NCBI GenBank assembly: GCA_944391475.1
Contig: CALXTR010000003.1
Location: forward strand, 50,823-114,822
DNA: 64,000 nucleotides
Direction of reading: 5' to 3'
From: an uncultured Alphaproteobacteria bacterium
Lineage (GTDB): Bacteria; Pseudomonadota; Alphaproteobacteria; RF32; CAG-239
The notes under the pieces are model-generated. The model ran no database searches. It saw nothing but the letters and a program-made list of their open reading frames with translations, and was not told the origin of the DNA. Below are positions 39,913 through 49,598 of the stretch, piece by piece; position 1 is the stretch's first letter; every line of letters starts with the position of its first letter. The translations under genes and the position numbers were made by a program.

Positions 39913-40506
39913 TTACTTCTGACGCAAATAAGCTACAAATTTTTCCAGAGCTCGACCCCGATGCGAGATAAGTGCTTTTTCTTCTGCGCTAAAATGACCA
40001 AATGTCTTATCATATCCTTCAGGAATAAAAATCGGGTCATAACCAAAACCGGCATTACCGCTTTTTTCCAAAGCTATTTTTCCATCCACCCGACCTTCAA
40101 AAACTTTAGTTTCCTCACCGGGAACCGCTAAGGCTAGAACACAAGAAAAGTGAGCACTTCGGTTGTCAAAACCACTTTGCTTCAGCTCAGCTAATAACAT
40201 ATCCATACCTTTGTCAAAATCGCGGTTTGGTGCATAGCGAGCCGAATATACTCCCGGCCGGCCCGAAAGCGCATCAACACACAAGCCTGAATCATCGGCC
40301 AAACAAGGCAAACCTGAAAGTTTGGCTAAAGTTTCAGCCTTCAGGCGCGAATTTTCTTCAAAAGTAGTTCCGGTTTCTTCCACATCCGGAAGACTTAAAT
40401 CTTGAGCCGAACAAACTTCAATCTCAAGCGGAGCCAACATTTTTCTAAATTCGGCAATCTTACCTTGGTTGTGCGAGGCAATAACGATTTTTTTGAAATT
40501 AAACAT
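39913..40506 (-). CDS. rdgB: dITP/XTP pyrophosphatase (Ham1/RdgB)
   Basis: IVIASHNQGKIAEF, and FGYDPIF...KTFGH. Conserved rph-rdgB pair. Confidence 0.9.
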   Translation of the reverse strand: MFNFKKIVIASHNQGKIAEFRKMLAPLEIEVCSAQDLSLPDVEETGTTFEENSRLKAETLAKLSGLPCLADDSGLCVDALSGRPGVYSARYAPNRDFDKGMDMLLAELKQSGFDNRSAHFSCVLALAVPGEETKVFEGRVDGKIALEKSGNAGFGYDPIFIPEGYDKTFGHFSAEEKALISHRGRALEKFVAYLRQK

Positions 40507-40507
40507 T

Positions 40508-41221
40508 TTATTTTTTTCCTAAAGCTTGTTTTTGTGCATCAATCAGTTCGGCAATACCTTTTTTAGCCAAAGCATACAAAGCATGAAACTGATCATCATC
40601 AAAAGGCATACCTTCGGCTGTTCCTTGGATTTCTACAATTTTGCCACTTTCAGTCAGCACAAAATTCATATCCGCCTGCGCATTAGAATCTTCCACATAG
40701 TCGACATCTAAAACCGGCTCTCCGTTATAGAGCGCACAAGAAACCGCGGCCACAGCTTCTTTAAGCGGATTAACCAAAAGTTTGCCTTCTTGTTGGAGTT
40801 TGGCTAAGGCAATAGATAAGGCCACATAACCACCGGTAATTGAGGCAGTACGAGTTCCACCGTCAGCCTGAATAACATCGCAGTCAATACAGATTGAAAT
40901 ATCTTTCATGGCGTTAAGATCGACCACAGCCCGCAAAGCACGCCCAACCAAACGCTGAATTTCTTGAGTGCGCCCCGAAGGTTTGGTTGTTTCACGCGCT
41001 ACCCTAACTTGAGTTGAGCGCGGCAGCATTCCATATTCGGCCGTAATCCACCCTTTGTTTTGGCCTTTGAGCCAAGCCGGAACTTTATCCTGCACACTTG
41101 CCGTACAAACCACATGCGTATTGCCACATTTAATCAAACAAGAACCTTCAGCATAAGGATTAAAATTGGGTACAATTTCAATTTTGCGGAGTTCATCTGC
41201 TTTTCGATTAGAATTTCTCAT
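40508..41221 (-). CDS. rph: Ribonuclease PH
   Basis: R(A/P)DELR, and GSCLI.GNT.V.C.AS; 237 aa. Confidence 0.95.
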   Translation of the reverse strand: MRNSNRKADELRKIEIVPNFNPYAEGSCLIKCGNTHVVCTASVQDKVPAWLKGQNKGWITAEYGMLPRSTQVRVARETTKPSGRTQEIQRLVGRALRAVVDLNAMKDISICIDCDVIQADGGTRTASITGGYVALSIALAKLQQEGKLLVNPLKEAVAAVSCALYNGEPVLDVDYVEDSNAQADMNFVLTESGKIVEIQGTAEGMPFDDDQFHALYALAKKGIAELIDAQKQALGKK

Positions 41222-41268
41222 GATATGTCTTCTATAAAATTAAGTTAGTCGCTTAAGAGATATAATGC

Positions 41269-43305
41269 TCATAAATGACCGCTTGTCAACAGCTTATAAT
41301 ATTGGTAGACACTACCTTCTTTCACATCCCAGCTAAAATCTTTGCGCATCGCCGCCACTTCCATTTCAGTCAGTTTTTGGGGATGATTAGCAAACACATC
41401 TAAAGCCTTGAGCAAAACATCGGCATAAGCATTAACATTATTTTTGAAGTGCTTGCCGTCTTTTTCACTGCCATAGACCTGACGAGTGTTACCAAAGAAG
41501 ACTAAAGTCCGAAAACCGTCCGTTCCGTCTTCAATCGTATCCACCAACCCTCCGGTTGACATTGCCACCGGCAGACTTCCTTTGGCCATGGCCTCCATCT
41601 GGGTCAGTCCGCAGGGCTCAAAGCGACACGGCATCATATAAAAATCACTCGCCAGCTGAATAGCATAGGCAAACTCGTCTTTATAGCCGCGGAAGACAAA
41701 GATTCTTTTTGCTGCTTCTGGGTTCAAGTCCGCCACGGTATCTTTGAGTTTCATCAAATGCTCAAAGCATTTCATATCACCGGCGCCACCCAAAATAAAT
41801 AACGGCGCGACCTTAATTTTTTTGGCCTTATAAAGTTCAATAATGGCACTGGCCACAATGTCGTAACCTTTTTGTTCCACCAAACGGCTGGTCGCGCAAA
41901 ACATCGGGATTTCATCGCTGATATTTTCCAACTCCGAAATATCTTCAAATTTATAGAAATTAATCAGCGGCAAAGTTTTGCGACGATAATCGGCATCAAC
42001 CGCCAACTTAGAGATAAGGCGGATAAATTCGCGTTTGTTTTGCTTTTTGATTTCTAAAGAATTTTCATCATAACAACCAAAATTAAAGCCGACAAAATGG
42101 TTATTGATACAATTGATTTTTTTAGGATTAGGGGTAATCAGTTTCTTGTCATAACCATTAACAATCCCGACAAAAGTTCCATTTTCTTTACGCAGATTGA
42201 GGAGTTTGCAAAAATCATAACCAAAATCGGGCTCTTTAGAAACTTCTTCACAATAGTTGCGCGAAACCGTCACCACCCGATCTGCCAAATGGAAATTGCA
42301 ACAAGCCTGATTATAAACCCCGTCCACCACTAGAGAGTTATGAATACGCGGATTATCTTTACGACAAGCCTTAGCATTTTTGAGCACCGGTTTGATGGCA
42401 TTTTCATACAAAGAGTTAAGAATGCGCACGGTGTTTTGATTATCCCAGCCCTGATACCCCAAATGATGAGCCAAATGGATAACCGGAATATTACGGATTC
42501 TCTCTGCGGTCTGAGCCTCCAAACGCCCTTGTTTTTGGAGCATCACGGTCATATACTTGGTCAAACCGGCAATTGCCCCGCTGTGCCAGTCATTAGCAAT
42601 CAGGACATTCGGACAAGAGATTTCGACCAAATCATCATTATCGGCACACAAACTTTTTAGCAATACAAAAACTGCTTTAGAGAAGAAGGCAAAACGCTCC
42701 ACCTCGTTAATACCCAGCTTATTGAGCACATAGCAACCGTCCTGACAATCCGGATTGCGATAATCGGTAGTAATGCTAAAGAAACGATGATTTTTCAAGA
42801 AAATATAATCAACCAACCCTTTTTTAGCGGTATAAACGCCCACATCAAAGGACTGCAGAACATTATTTTTTCCAACAAAGGGAACATTGATAGTAGAGAT
42901 TTTTTTGATTTCGATAGAACGGTTTTCGGCACCGGTATAGATATTTTTACGAAGGAAAGCTTTTTTGTGTTTAGTATCGCCAAGATAAAGCGGAGTAACG
43001 ACAGTGATTTTATCACCCTGATTTTGGAAAGTGGAGTTAAATGCCTCAGGCAACTCAGTTGCCACCACTCCAAGCCCTCCAACTTTCATAAACGTCGCTG
43101 TTTCAGAAGAAATCATCCAGGCATTAATTTTGTGGATATTGGGCCATTTACCCGCCGCAGCACATTGTTGTTTTGCCACCTCATAAATCTCGGAAATCTG
43201 CTCACTCGGTATTGCTTCACCATGCAGTGCCGAAATTTTACCAAACTCGATCTTTGATAACAACCCCCGCTGATTAACTTTACTTGACGTAGGCTTATCT
43301 ATCAT
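41269..43305 (-). CDS. GT5-family (glycogen/starch-synthase-like) glycosyltransferase with an N-terminal extension and internal insertions
   Basis: KVGGLGVV corresponds to the GlgA K(T)GGL(A)DV motif. C-terminal GT-B motifs RLVEQKG and FEPCGLTQMEAM. 678-688 aa against about 480 for GlgA. Sits where hrcA is expected, between rph and grpE. Confidence 0.7.
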   Translation of the reverse strand: MIDKPTSSKVNQRGLLSKIEFGKISALHGEAIPSEQISEIYEVAKQQCAAAGKWPNIHKINAWMISSETATFMKVGGLGVVATELPEAFNSTFQNQGDKITVVTPLYLGDTKHKKAFLRKNIYTGAENRSIEIKKISTINVPFVGKNNVLQSFDVGVYTAKKGLVDYIFLKNHRFFSITTDYRNPDCQDGCYVLNKLGINEVERFAFFSKAVFVLLKSLCADNDDLVEISCPNVLIANDWHSGAIAGLTKYMTVMLQKQGRLEAQTAERIRNIPVIHLAHHLGYQGWDNQNTVRILNSLYENAIKPVLKNAKACRKDNPRIHNSLVVDGVYNQACCNFHLADRVVTVSRNYCEEVSKEPDFGYDFCKLLNLRKENGTFVGIVNGYDKKLITPNPKKINCINNHFVGFNFGCYDENSLEIKKQNKREFIRLISKLAVDADYRRKTLPLINFYKFEDISELENISDEIPMFCATSRLVEQKGYDIVASAIIELYKAKKIKVAPLFILGGAGDMKCFEHLMKLKDTVADLNPEAAKRIFVFRGYKDEFAYAIQLASDFYMMPCRFEPCGLTQMEAMAKGSLPVAMSTGGLVDTIEDGTDGFRTLVFFGNTRQVYGSEKDGKHFKNNVNAYADVLLKALDVFANHPQKLTEMEVAAMRKDFSWDVKEGSVYQYYKLLTSGHL

Positions 43306-43474
43306 TTTTACTCTCTCGCAACCACAAAAACACACCCCTCATCATTGCACAACTTCCTTTCTTTTCACAAAAGGGAGTATGCACCAACATAACTTCCGCT
43401 ATTGACTTGTTGTGTAATAATCACTAAATATCATAATATATACAAGCATAATCCAAAAGTTTAAAGAGGAAAAA

Positions 43475-44077
43475 ATGAAAAAAGAAAAAATAGTTGATAA
43501 ACCCGAATGTGAAGAAACTCAAACTGCGGAAAGTGAGCTTGAGCAAGAGCTTGAGAGTGTTGATACCGCTGAGAGCGAAACCGAAAATGAGCTCGAAGAT
43601 TTAGAGTTTTTGAAAGCGGAAAATCAACGTCTTAAAGAAGATTTTTTAAGAGCTTATGCAGATGCCGAAAACATCAAAAAACGCTGCGCCCAAGAAATTG
43701 AGAAAAACAACAAATATGCCATTTCCTCTTTTGCCAAAAGTTTGTTAAGCGTTGCCGACAATCTTCACCGTGCAATTGAAGCCATTCCCGAAGATAAAAA
43801 ACAAAGCTGTACTGAGGCCATGAGCCTGCTTAAAGGGGTTGAGCTTACCGAGGCAGAACTGATGAAAGTTTTTGATAAATTCGGGATTAAGAAGATGGAA
43901 ATTATTGGTACAGTATTTGACCCCAACTACCATCAGGTGATTCAGGAAGTTGAAGACAAAGAAAAACCCAACGGCACCATTGTTGCGGAACTCCAAACTG
44001 GATATATGATTAACAATCGCATTTTGCGTGAGGCCATGGTTGTAGTTACCAAAGGCGGACCGAGCGAACAGCATTAA
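43475..44077 (+). CDS. grpE: Nucleotide exchange factor GrpE
   Basis: Acidic N-terminus, coiled coil, and the GrpE core (YADAENIKKR, FDPNYHQ). Confidence 0.9.
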   Translation: MKKEKIVDKPECEETQTAESELEQELESVDTAESETENELEDLEFLKAENQRLKEDFLRAYADAENIKKRCAQEIEKNNKYAISSFAKSLLSVADNLHRAIEAIPEDKKQSCTEAMSLLKGVELTEAELMKVFDKFGIKKMEIIGTVFDPNYHQVIQEVEDKEKPNGTIVAELQTGYMINNRILREAMVVVTKGGPSEQH

Positions 44078-44100
44078 GCGATAAAAAAGGATTAAATTTT

Positions 44101-44136
44101 ACACTACTTACCGGAAAGGGTAAGTAGTGTTTTTTG
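44101..44136 (+). terminator. Rho-independent terminator after grpE
   Basis: acactacttaccggaaagggtaagtagtgttttttg. Confidence 0.75.
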
Positions 44137-44169
44137 TTGCAATTTTGCAAAAATACTTTAAGTTAGTAG

Positions 44170-44368
44170 ATGCACTCGGGAGAGCCGGGTGCGGAGTATC
44201 GAAACTCCTCGTATGAAAAAAATAGCTCCTTGAATGGGGAGCGACCGGAATAAGTGTGCCTTGCGCATAACGAAGAAGGTCGACTGACATACGCAGTTTC
44301 GAACTCCCCGCCTTAGGAAAGCTAGGGCGGTTTCTTTTTAACCGGAAACCTAAAGGGAGTTTAGAACC
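44170..44368 (+). promoter_or_regulatory. Structured leader of XRE module copy 2 (no MITE insert), with a terminator/attenuator hairpin directly upstream of the RBS
   Basis: Hairpin gcactcgggagagccgggtgcggagt, ctccttgaatggggagc, and gccttaggaaagctagggc followed by ggtttcttttt, then the identical RBS region aaccggaaacctaaagggagtttagaac. Confidence 0.45.
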
Positions 44369-44614
44369 ATGAGTCACAATTACCGCCGTCAAGCTTGGCA
44401 AGCCTGTCAGCAAGAGATTGGCGAACAAATTAAGAATATGCGCTTAGAGTTGGATTTACCTCCACAAATTGCCGCAGAACTTTTACATATCGGATTAAAC
44501 CAGCTTTTGTACCTTGAAAACGGCTATATTGGGAAAATGCAAATTACCGTTCTCCATGCACTGGCTTATAAATATCACTATAAGTTAAAGATAAGCTTTG
44601 AGAAAAAGAATTAG
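44369..44614 (+). CDS. XRE-family helix-turn-helix protein (81 aa), paralog 2
   Basis: LDLPPQIAAELLHIGLNQLLYLENG, with the C-terminus AYKYHYKLKISFEKK identical to paralog 1. Confidence 0.7.
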   Translation: MSHNYRRQAWQACQQEIGEQIKNMRLELDLPPQIAAELLHIGLNQLLYLENGYIGKMQITVLHALAYKYHYKLKISFEKKN

Positions 44615-44729
44615 AAAAAACAAAAGAGTCATCCCTCGTTTTTCAGAGAAAAACGTCCAGGGATCTTCCGATTAAAGAAACTAACTCGAAGACCCCTTGA
44701 CGACTACTAACGTAGTCGAGGGGTGACAT

Positions 44730-45016
44730 TACTTATGTATTAGTCACCCACTAGACGAGCTTTCATCTCCGGCACGGCTTAAAGTTCGGAGAATGAGTCG
44801 TATAGAGTGATTTCTTTGGCGATGACAATCCTAGCGTATATAGAAATACGTGGATTGGCTAAACAAGTTTCAACCTCTGGCACGGCTTAAAGTTCGGAGA
44901 ATGAGTCGTATAGAGTAATTTCTAGGAGCGAAACAAACCCTAGCGTAGATAGACCTACGTGGGTTTGTTGAGTTCTCCGTAAAATTGCTCTAGACGACCA
45001 TTATACGAACTTTAAA
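44730..45016. repeat. Block of about 125 bp palindromic repeat units (module 2 tail), abutting the fabG stop codon
   Basis: tattagtcacccactagacgagc, two copies of ggcacggcttaaagttcggagaatgagtcgtatagag, and the hairpins cgtatatagaaatacg and cgtagatagacctacg. Ends with ccattatacgaactttaaa. Confidence 0.8.
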
Positions 45017-45754
45017 TTAAATCATGGCCATACCACCATTAATATTAATAGTCTGTCCGGTGATATATTGAGCTTCATCAGATGCCAAGAAAGCAACCAC
45101 ATTGGCAATGTCTTGAGCTTCACCCAGCTTGCCTTCCGGAATTTTGGCCAACAAAGCAGCTTTCACATCTTCAGGCAAAACATCGGTCATCGGAGTACGA
45201 ATGAAACCAGGAGCAATCGAGTTAACCGTAATTCCGCGAGAACCAACTTCTTGAGCCAAACATTTGTTCATGGCAATCATACCGGCTTTTGAAGCAGAAT
45301 AGTTAGCTTGTCCGGCATTTCCGGTAACACCAACCACCGAAGCAATACCGATAATACGACCATAGTGACGTTTCATCATACCGCGAACGGCAGCTTTAGC
45401 CAATTTGAAACCAGCCGAAAGGTTAACATCGAGAACCAACTGCCAGTCTTCATCGCTCATACGAATAAACAAGTTATCGCGGGTCAAACCGGCATTGTTA
45501 ACCAAGATATCAATGCGGCCGAGTTTGTCTTCCACATTTTTAACCAAGTTTTTAACATCATCAGGGTTGGTCAAGTTAGCTACAAAGATTTCGACATTAT
45601 CACCGAGCTCAGCTTTGAGTTTTTCCATCGGCTCAGCGCGCATATCAGTCAAAGCCAAAATTGCACCTTGAGCATGCAAGGTACGAGCAATTTTATCACC
45701 CAAACCGCCGGCTGCACCGGTAATCAAAGCTACTTTTCCATCAAGTCTAAACAT
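45017..45754 (-). CDS. fabG: 3-oxoacyl-ACP reductase
   Basis: TGAAGGLG, NAG, and YSASKAG; 245 aa. Confidence 0.93.
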   Translation of the reverse strand: MFRLDGKVALITGAAGGLGDKIARTLHAQGAILALTDMRAEPMEKLKAELGDNVEIFVANLTNPDDVKNLVKNVEDKLGRIDILVNNAGLTRDNLFIRMSDEDWQLVLDVNLSAGFKLAKAAVRGMMKRHYGRIIGIASVVGVTGNAGQANYSASKAGMIAMNKCLAQEVGSRGITVNSIAPGFIRTPMTDVLPEDVKAALLAKIPEGKLGEAQDIANVVAFLASDEAQYITGQTININGGMAMI

Positions 45755-45776
45755 ATTATTTCTCCATATAAGATTA

Positions 45777-46724
45777 TTACAAGCTGCTAGCCAGCGTTTC
45801 GATTTCTTCAGCAGAACCTGCAGAAACCGCTTTCATTTCTTTATCGCTTCTCTTCACGATTCCCGAAAGAACTTTTCCGGCACCAAGTTCAACCACATCG
45901 GTCACTCCTTGTTCTTTCATATAAAGAACGGTTTCGCGCCAACGCACCGAACCGGTTACCTGTTTGATAAGATTTTGCACAATTTCTTTTTCATCATCAA
46001 CCGCAGAGGCCAAAACATTCGCAATCAACGGAATTTGCGGTTTATGAGCTTGAACTTTACCCAAAGCCTCAGCCATCACCACGGCAGCAGGCTCCATTAA
46101 GGGACTGTGGAACGGTGCACTAACCGGAAGTTTGATGCAGCGTTTAGCCCCAAATTCGGGAGCCAGTTCAACCGCCCGATTAATAGCCTCCATATGTCCG
46201 CTCAAAACCACCTGACCATCAGCATTATCATTAGCGGCCACACAAACATTGCCACCCTCTGCACAAGCCTCGGCTAAAGCCTCCACATCTTTGAAGGAAA
46301 CACCCAAGACTGCAGCCATTCCGCCAACTCCGACCGGCACCGCCTTTTGCATCGCCTCACCACGAGTACGAAGCAAACGAGCTGTATCCGAAAGAGAGAA
46401 CACTCCGGCAGCACAAGCAGCCGAATATTCACCCAGCGAGTGACCAGCCACAAACGCGGCTTTGTCTTTGAGTTTGATACCAAATTCGTTTTCCAACACT
46501 CTCACCACGGCCATTGAATGAGCCATCAGTGCCGGTTGCGCATTAACCGTTAGGGTCAATTCGCTTTCCGGTCCCTCACACATAATTTTGAACAAATCTT
46601 GAGAAAGAGCGTCATTAACTTCCTGAAATACTTCCTTGGCCGATTTGAAATTATCTGCCAATTCTTTACCCATGCCAACAAACTGAGAGCCTTGGCCTGG
46701 GAACACAAAAGCATATTTCATCAA
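45777..46724 (-). CDS. fabD: Malonyl-CoA:ACP transacylase
   Basis: FPGQGSQ, and the active site GHSLGE. Confidence 0.95.
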   Translation of the reverse strand: MMKYAFVFPGQGSQFVGMGKELADNFKSAKEVFQEVNDALSQDLFKIMCEGPESELTLTVNAQPALMAHSMAVVRVLENEFGIKLKDKAAFVAGHSLGEYSAACAAGVFSLSDTARLLRTRGEAMQKAVPVGVGGMAAVLGVSFKDVEALAEACAEGGNVCVAANDNADGQVVLSGHMEAINRAVELAPEFGAKRCIKLPVSAPFHSPLMEPAAVVMAEALGKVQAHKPQIPLIANVLASAVDDEKEIVQNLIKQVTGSVRWRETVLYMKEQGVTDVVELGAGKVLSGIVKRSDKEMKAVSAGSAEEIETLASSL

Positions 46725-46818
46725 TACCTCTTATTACTATTAACATTCGATTAATCAATATCTATTATTGTGATAAAGGTCAAGACAAAAACCAAGCTTA
46801 TACGACACAAAGGAGTCT

Positions 46819-47253
46819 TTGATAATGTTTGAACTCGTCCCCGGGCTGGCCAAGAAAATGCCCATTACCGATTTAAAGTTATGTAAAGTCTTATTTGAAG
46901 ACAATCGCTTTTACCCTTGGATTTTTTTGGTTCCCAAGCGAGAGAACGTCAAAAACATGACCTATCTTTCCATGGAAGACCGCCTGCAATTGATGAGAGA
47001 AATGGCTCTTTGCGAAAAAGTCATGTGCGAGCTTTTTCCACATGACCAAACCAACGTAGCCATGATTGGCAACAAAACTCCGCAGTTGCATATTCACATT
47101 CTCTGCCGCAAAGAGGGCGACCCCGATTGGCCAACCACCGTCTGGAACAACCATAGTGAGCCTTATCCTCTAGGCGAGGCACAAAAAGTGGCCGAAAGCA
47201 TCAAAAAAGCCATTGAAGCCGCAAAAAATGATCCTCAATATGGGCAAAATTAA
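46819..47253 (+). CDS. HIT-family (histidine triad-like) protein
   Basis: PWIFLVPKRE, and a histidine-triad variant QLHIHIL. Confidence 0.65.
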   Translation: MIMFELVPGLAKKMPITDLKLCKVLFEDNRFYPWIFLVPKRENVKNMTYLSMEDRLQLMREMALCEKVMCELFPHDQTNVAMIGNKTPQLHIHILCRKEGDPDWPTTVWNNHSEPYPLGEAQKVAESIKKAIEAAKNDPQYGQN

Positions 47254-47312
47254 ACCTTTTTTGAGAAATTTGGGCATATAATTGCCGCAAATTAGAATAT
47301 GGAATTAGAAAA

Positions 47313-49595
47313 ATGGCTCGTACTAAAAACAAAAAAAACCTCAGCTTAGTTCAAAAAATCACCCGCCGAGTTTTTGGCAGTGCATTAATGTTATTTTGCG
47401 GATTAGTAATTTTGAGCTGTTTTTTCTATCATTCATCAGATAACAGTTTAACCGCCGCCGGATATGGCAAAATTCAGAATTATCTAGGTTTTTTTGGAGC
47501 TTCTTCGGCTGAAATATGCTTGGTTTGGTTTGGTTTGTCATTGCCGATTTTCCTAATTGCTCCCATTGCTTGGGGCTATGATATTTTGCGCCTGCGCGGA
47601 TTTGCGCATCGCTATGTCCGAGTTTTTGCATTTTTAAGCGGAACTATCTTTTTTGCCGCTTTCTTAGGACTGCTGCCCCAATATTTTGGGTCTTTCCAAC
47701 TTGGCGGCAATATTGGAAAATTTTTTGCCCGCCAATTTTTGAGTTTGTTTAGCAATTTCTATGTCTATGCTTATGGCAAACATATTCTGGCGCTCATTTT
47801 CTTGATTATGAGCTGGCTCGCTTTCAATCTGGCTGCCGGATTAACTTTCCGTCACTGGGGTAATGGCATAAAAATTGCTGCGCACGGTAGCAAAATAGCT
47901 GCCATTTGGCTGTGGAACGCTCTCAAAGTAATCTTCAATTTCCACTCCAAAGAAGGCGAGGAAAAAACCTCTCGCATTGCCAAGAGCAAAGCCCCTCGCG
48001 AACGTAAAGAGCCCAAACTCAAAGAAGAAAAGATTTCCGCTCCCGGAAAAACTAAGGATAAGAGCGAAAAAATGCCGGTTATGCACTCTGAACCAGACGA
48101 CAACTATCAGTATCCGAGTGTCGACATTTTAACCAAACCCAAAGCGCACAGTTCAAATAACATGAACGAGAAAGAGCTCGAAAAAATCGCCGCTGATTTG
48201 GAAAATGTTTTGCAAGAGTTTGGTGTCAACGGCAAAATTGTCAAAATCCGCCCCGGACCAGTCGTCACCTTATATGAACTCGAACCCGCTCCCGGCACCA
48301 AAACCGCCCGCGTTATTGGCTTGGCTGATGATATCGCCCGCTCCATGAGTGCAGTTTCGGTGCGTATTGCCGTAGTTCCGGGCAGTAACACCATTGGTAT
48401 TGAAATGCCTAACCCCACCCGCGAGATTGTATACTTCCGCGAGCTGATAGACACTGACGAGTTCCGCAATGCCAAAGGCGCCTTAACCGTTACTTTGGGT
48501 AAGGATATCGGGGGCAGAAATATTTATGCCGATTTAACCAAAATGCCGCACTTGCTGGTTGCCGGTACCACCGGTTCGGGTAAGTCTGTGGGTGTCAACA
48601 CCATGATTGTTTCCTTGCTCTATAAGATGCGTCCTGACGAATGCAAACTCATCATGATTGACCCCAAAATGTTGGAATTTTCAGTTTATAACGGCATTCC
48701 GCATTTGCTCACTCCGGTCATTACCGACCCGGCCAAAGCCGTCATTGGTCTCAAATGGGCGGTAAAAGAAATGGAAGACCGCTATCGCGCCATGGCTCAG
48801 CTCAATGTTCGTAACATCTCGGGCTATAACCAAAAATTAAAAGAGCTCAAAGCCAGCGGCCAAACTGTCAAAAGAACCGTTCAAACCGGATTCGATATGG
48901 AAACCGGCAAACCAATTTATGAAGAGCAAGAACTAGACCTCACCCCCTTGCCCTACATTGTGATTATAGTAGATGAAATGGCCGACTTGATGTTAGTTGC
49001 CGGCAAAGATGTAGAAGCCGCCATCCAGCGTCTGGCTCAAATGGCTCGTGCGGCAGGCCTACACTTAATTATGTCCACCCAGCGTCCGTCAGTTGACGTC
49101 ATCACCGGTACAATTAAGGCCAACTTCCCGACCCGCATCAGCTTTCAGGTTACCTCAAAAATTGACAGCCGCACCATTTTGGGAGAACAAGGAGCCGAAC
49201 AGCTGCTCGGCATGGGTGATATGCTGTATATGCCAGCCGGTCAACGCCCCACTCGTATCCACGCCGGATACATCAAAGACCCCGAGATTGAAGAGATTGT
49301 CGAATTCTTAAAATCGCAAAAAGAACCCGAATATGTCGAAGGAGTCACCGAAGGCGAGTTAAACGAGAAGGATACCGGAGCGGTGTTTGATAAAGGCGAA
49401 TTTGGTAGTGGCAGCGATGAAGATTTATATGCTCAGGCCGTAGCCATTGTCCAAAACGACAAGAAAGCCTCAACCAGCTATATCCAGCGCAAACTCCGCA
49501 TTGGCTACAACCGCGCCGCCTCGTTGATTGATAAAATGGAAGCCGAAGGTATCATCAGTGCTGCCGATCACGTTGGCCGCCGCGAAGTATTATAA
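47313..49595 (+). CDS. ftsK: DNA translocase FtsK
   Basis: N-terminal TM domain, a Pro/Lys-rich linker, motor domain with Walker A GTTGSGKS, and the gamma domain. Confidence 0.95.
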   Translation: MARTKNKKNLSLVQKITRRVFGSALMLFCGLVILSCFFYHSSDNSLTAAGYGKIQNYLGFFGASSAEICLVWFGLSLPIFLIAPIAWGYDILRLRGFAHRYVRVFAFLSGTIFFAAFLGLLPQYFGSFQLGGNIGKFFARQFLSLFSNFYVYAYGKHILALIFLIMSWLAFNLAAGLTFRHWGNGIKIAAHGSKIAAIWLWNALKVIFNFHSKEGEEKTSRIAKSKAPRERKEPKLKEEKISAPGKTKDKSEKMPVMHSEPDDNYQYPSVDILTKPKAHSSNNMNEKELEKIAADLENVLQEFGVNGKIVKIRPGPVVTLYELEPAPGTKTARVIGLADDIARSMSAVSVRIAVVPGSNTIGIEMPNPTREIVYFRELIDTDEFRNAKGALTVTLGKDIGGRNIYADLTKMPHLLVAGTTGSGKSVGVNTMIVSLLYKMRPDECKLIMIDPKMLEFSVYNGIPHLLTPVITDPAKAVIGLKWAVKEMEDRYRAMAQLNVRNISGYNQKLKELKASGQTVKRTVQTGFDMETGKPIYEEQELDLTPLPYIVIIVDEMADLMLVAGKDVEAAIQRLAQMARAAGLHLIMSTQRPSVDVITGTIKANFPTRISFQVTSKIDSRTILGEQGAEQLLGMGDMLYMPAGQRPTRIHAGYIKDPEIEEIVEFLKSQKEPEYVEGVTEGELNEKDTGAVFDKGEFGSGSDEDLYAQAVAIVQNDKKASTSYIQRKLRIGYNRAASLIDKMEAEGIISAADHVGRREVL

Positions 49596-49598
49596 TTC

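Noticed and set aside
43745-44428. Minus-strand ORFs antisense to grpE and across the copy-2 leader (43745-44074, 44108-44428)
   Set aside because: The first is inside grpE. The second spans the terminator and the structured leader, which are non-coding by covariation.
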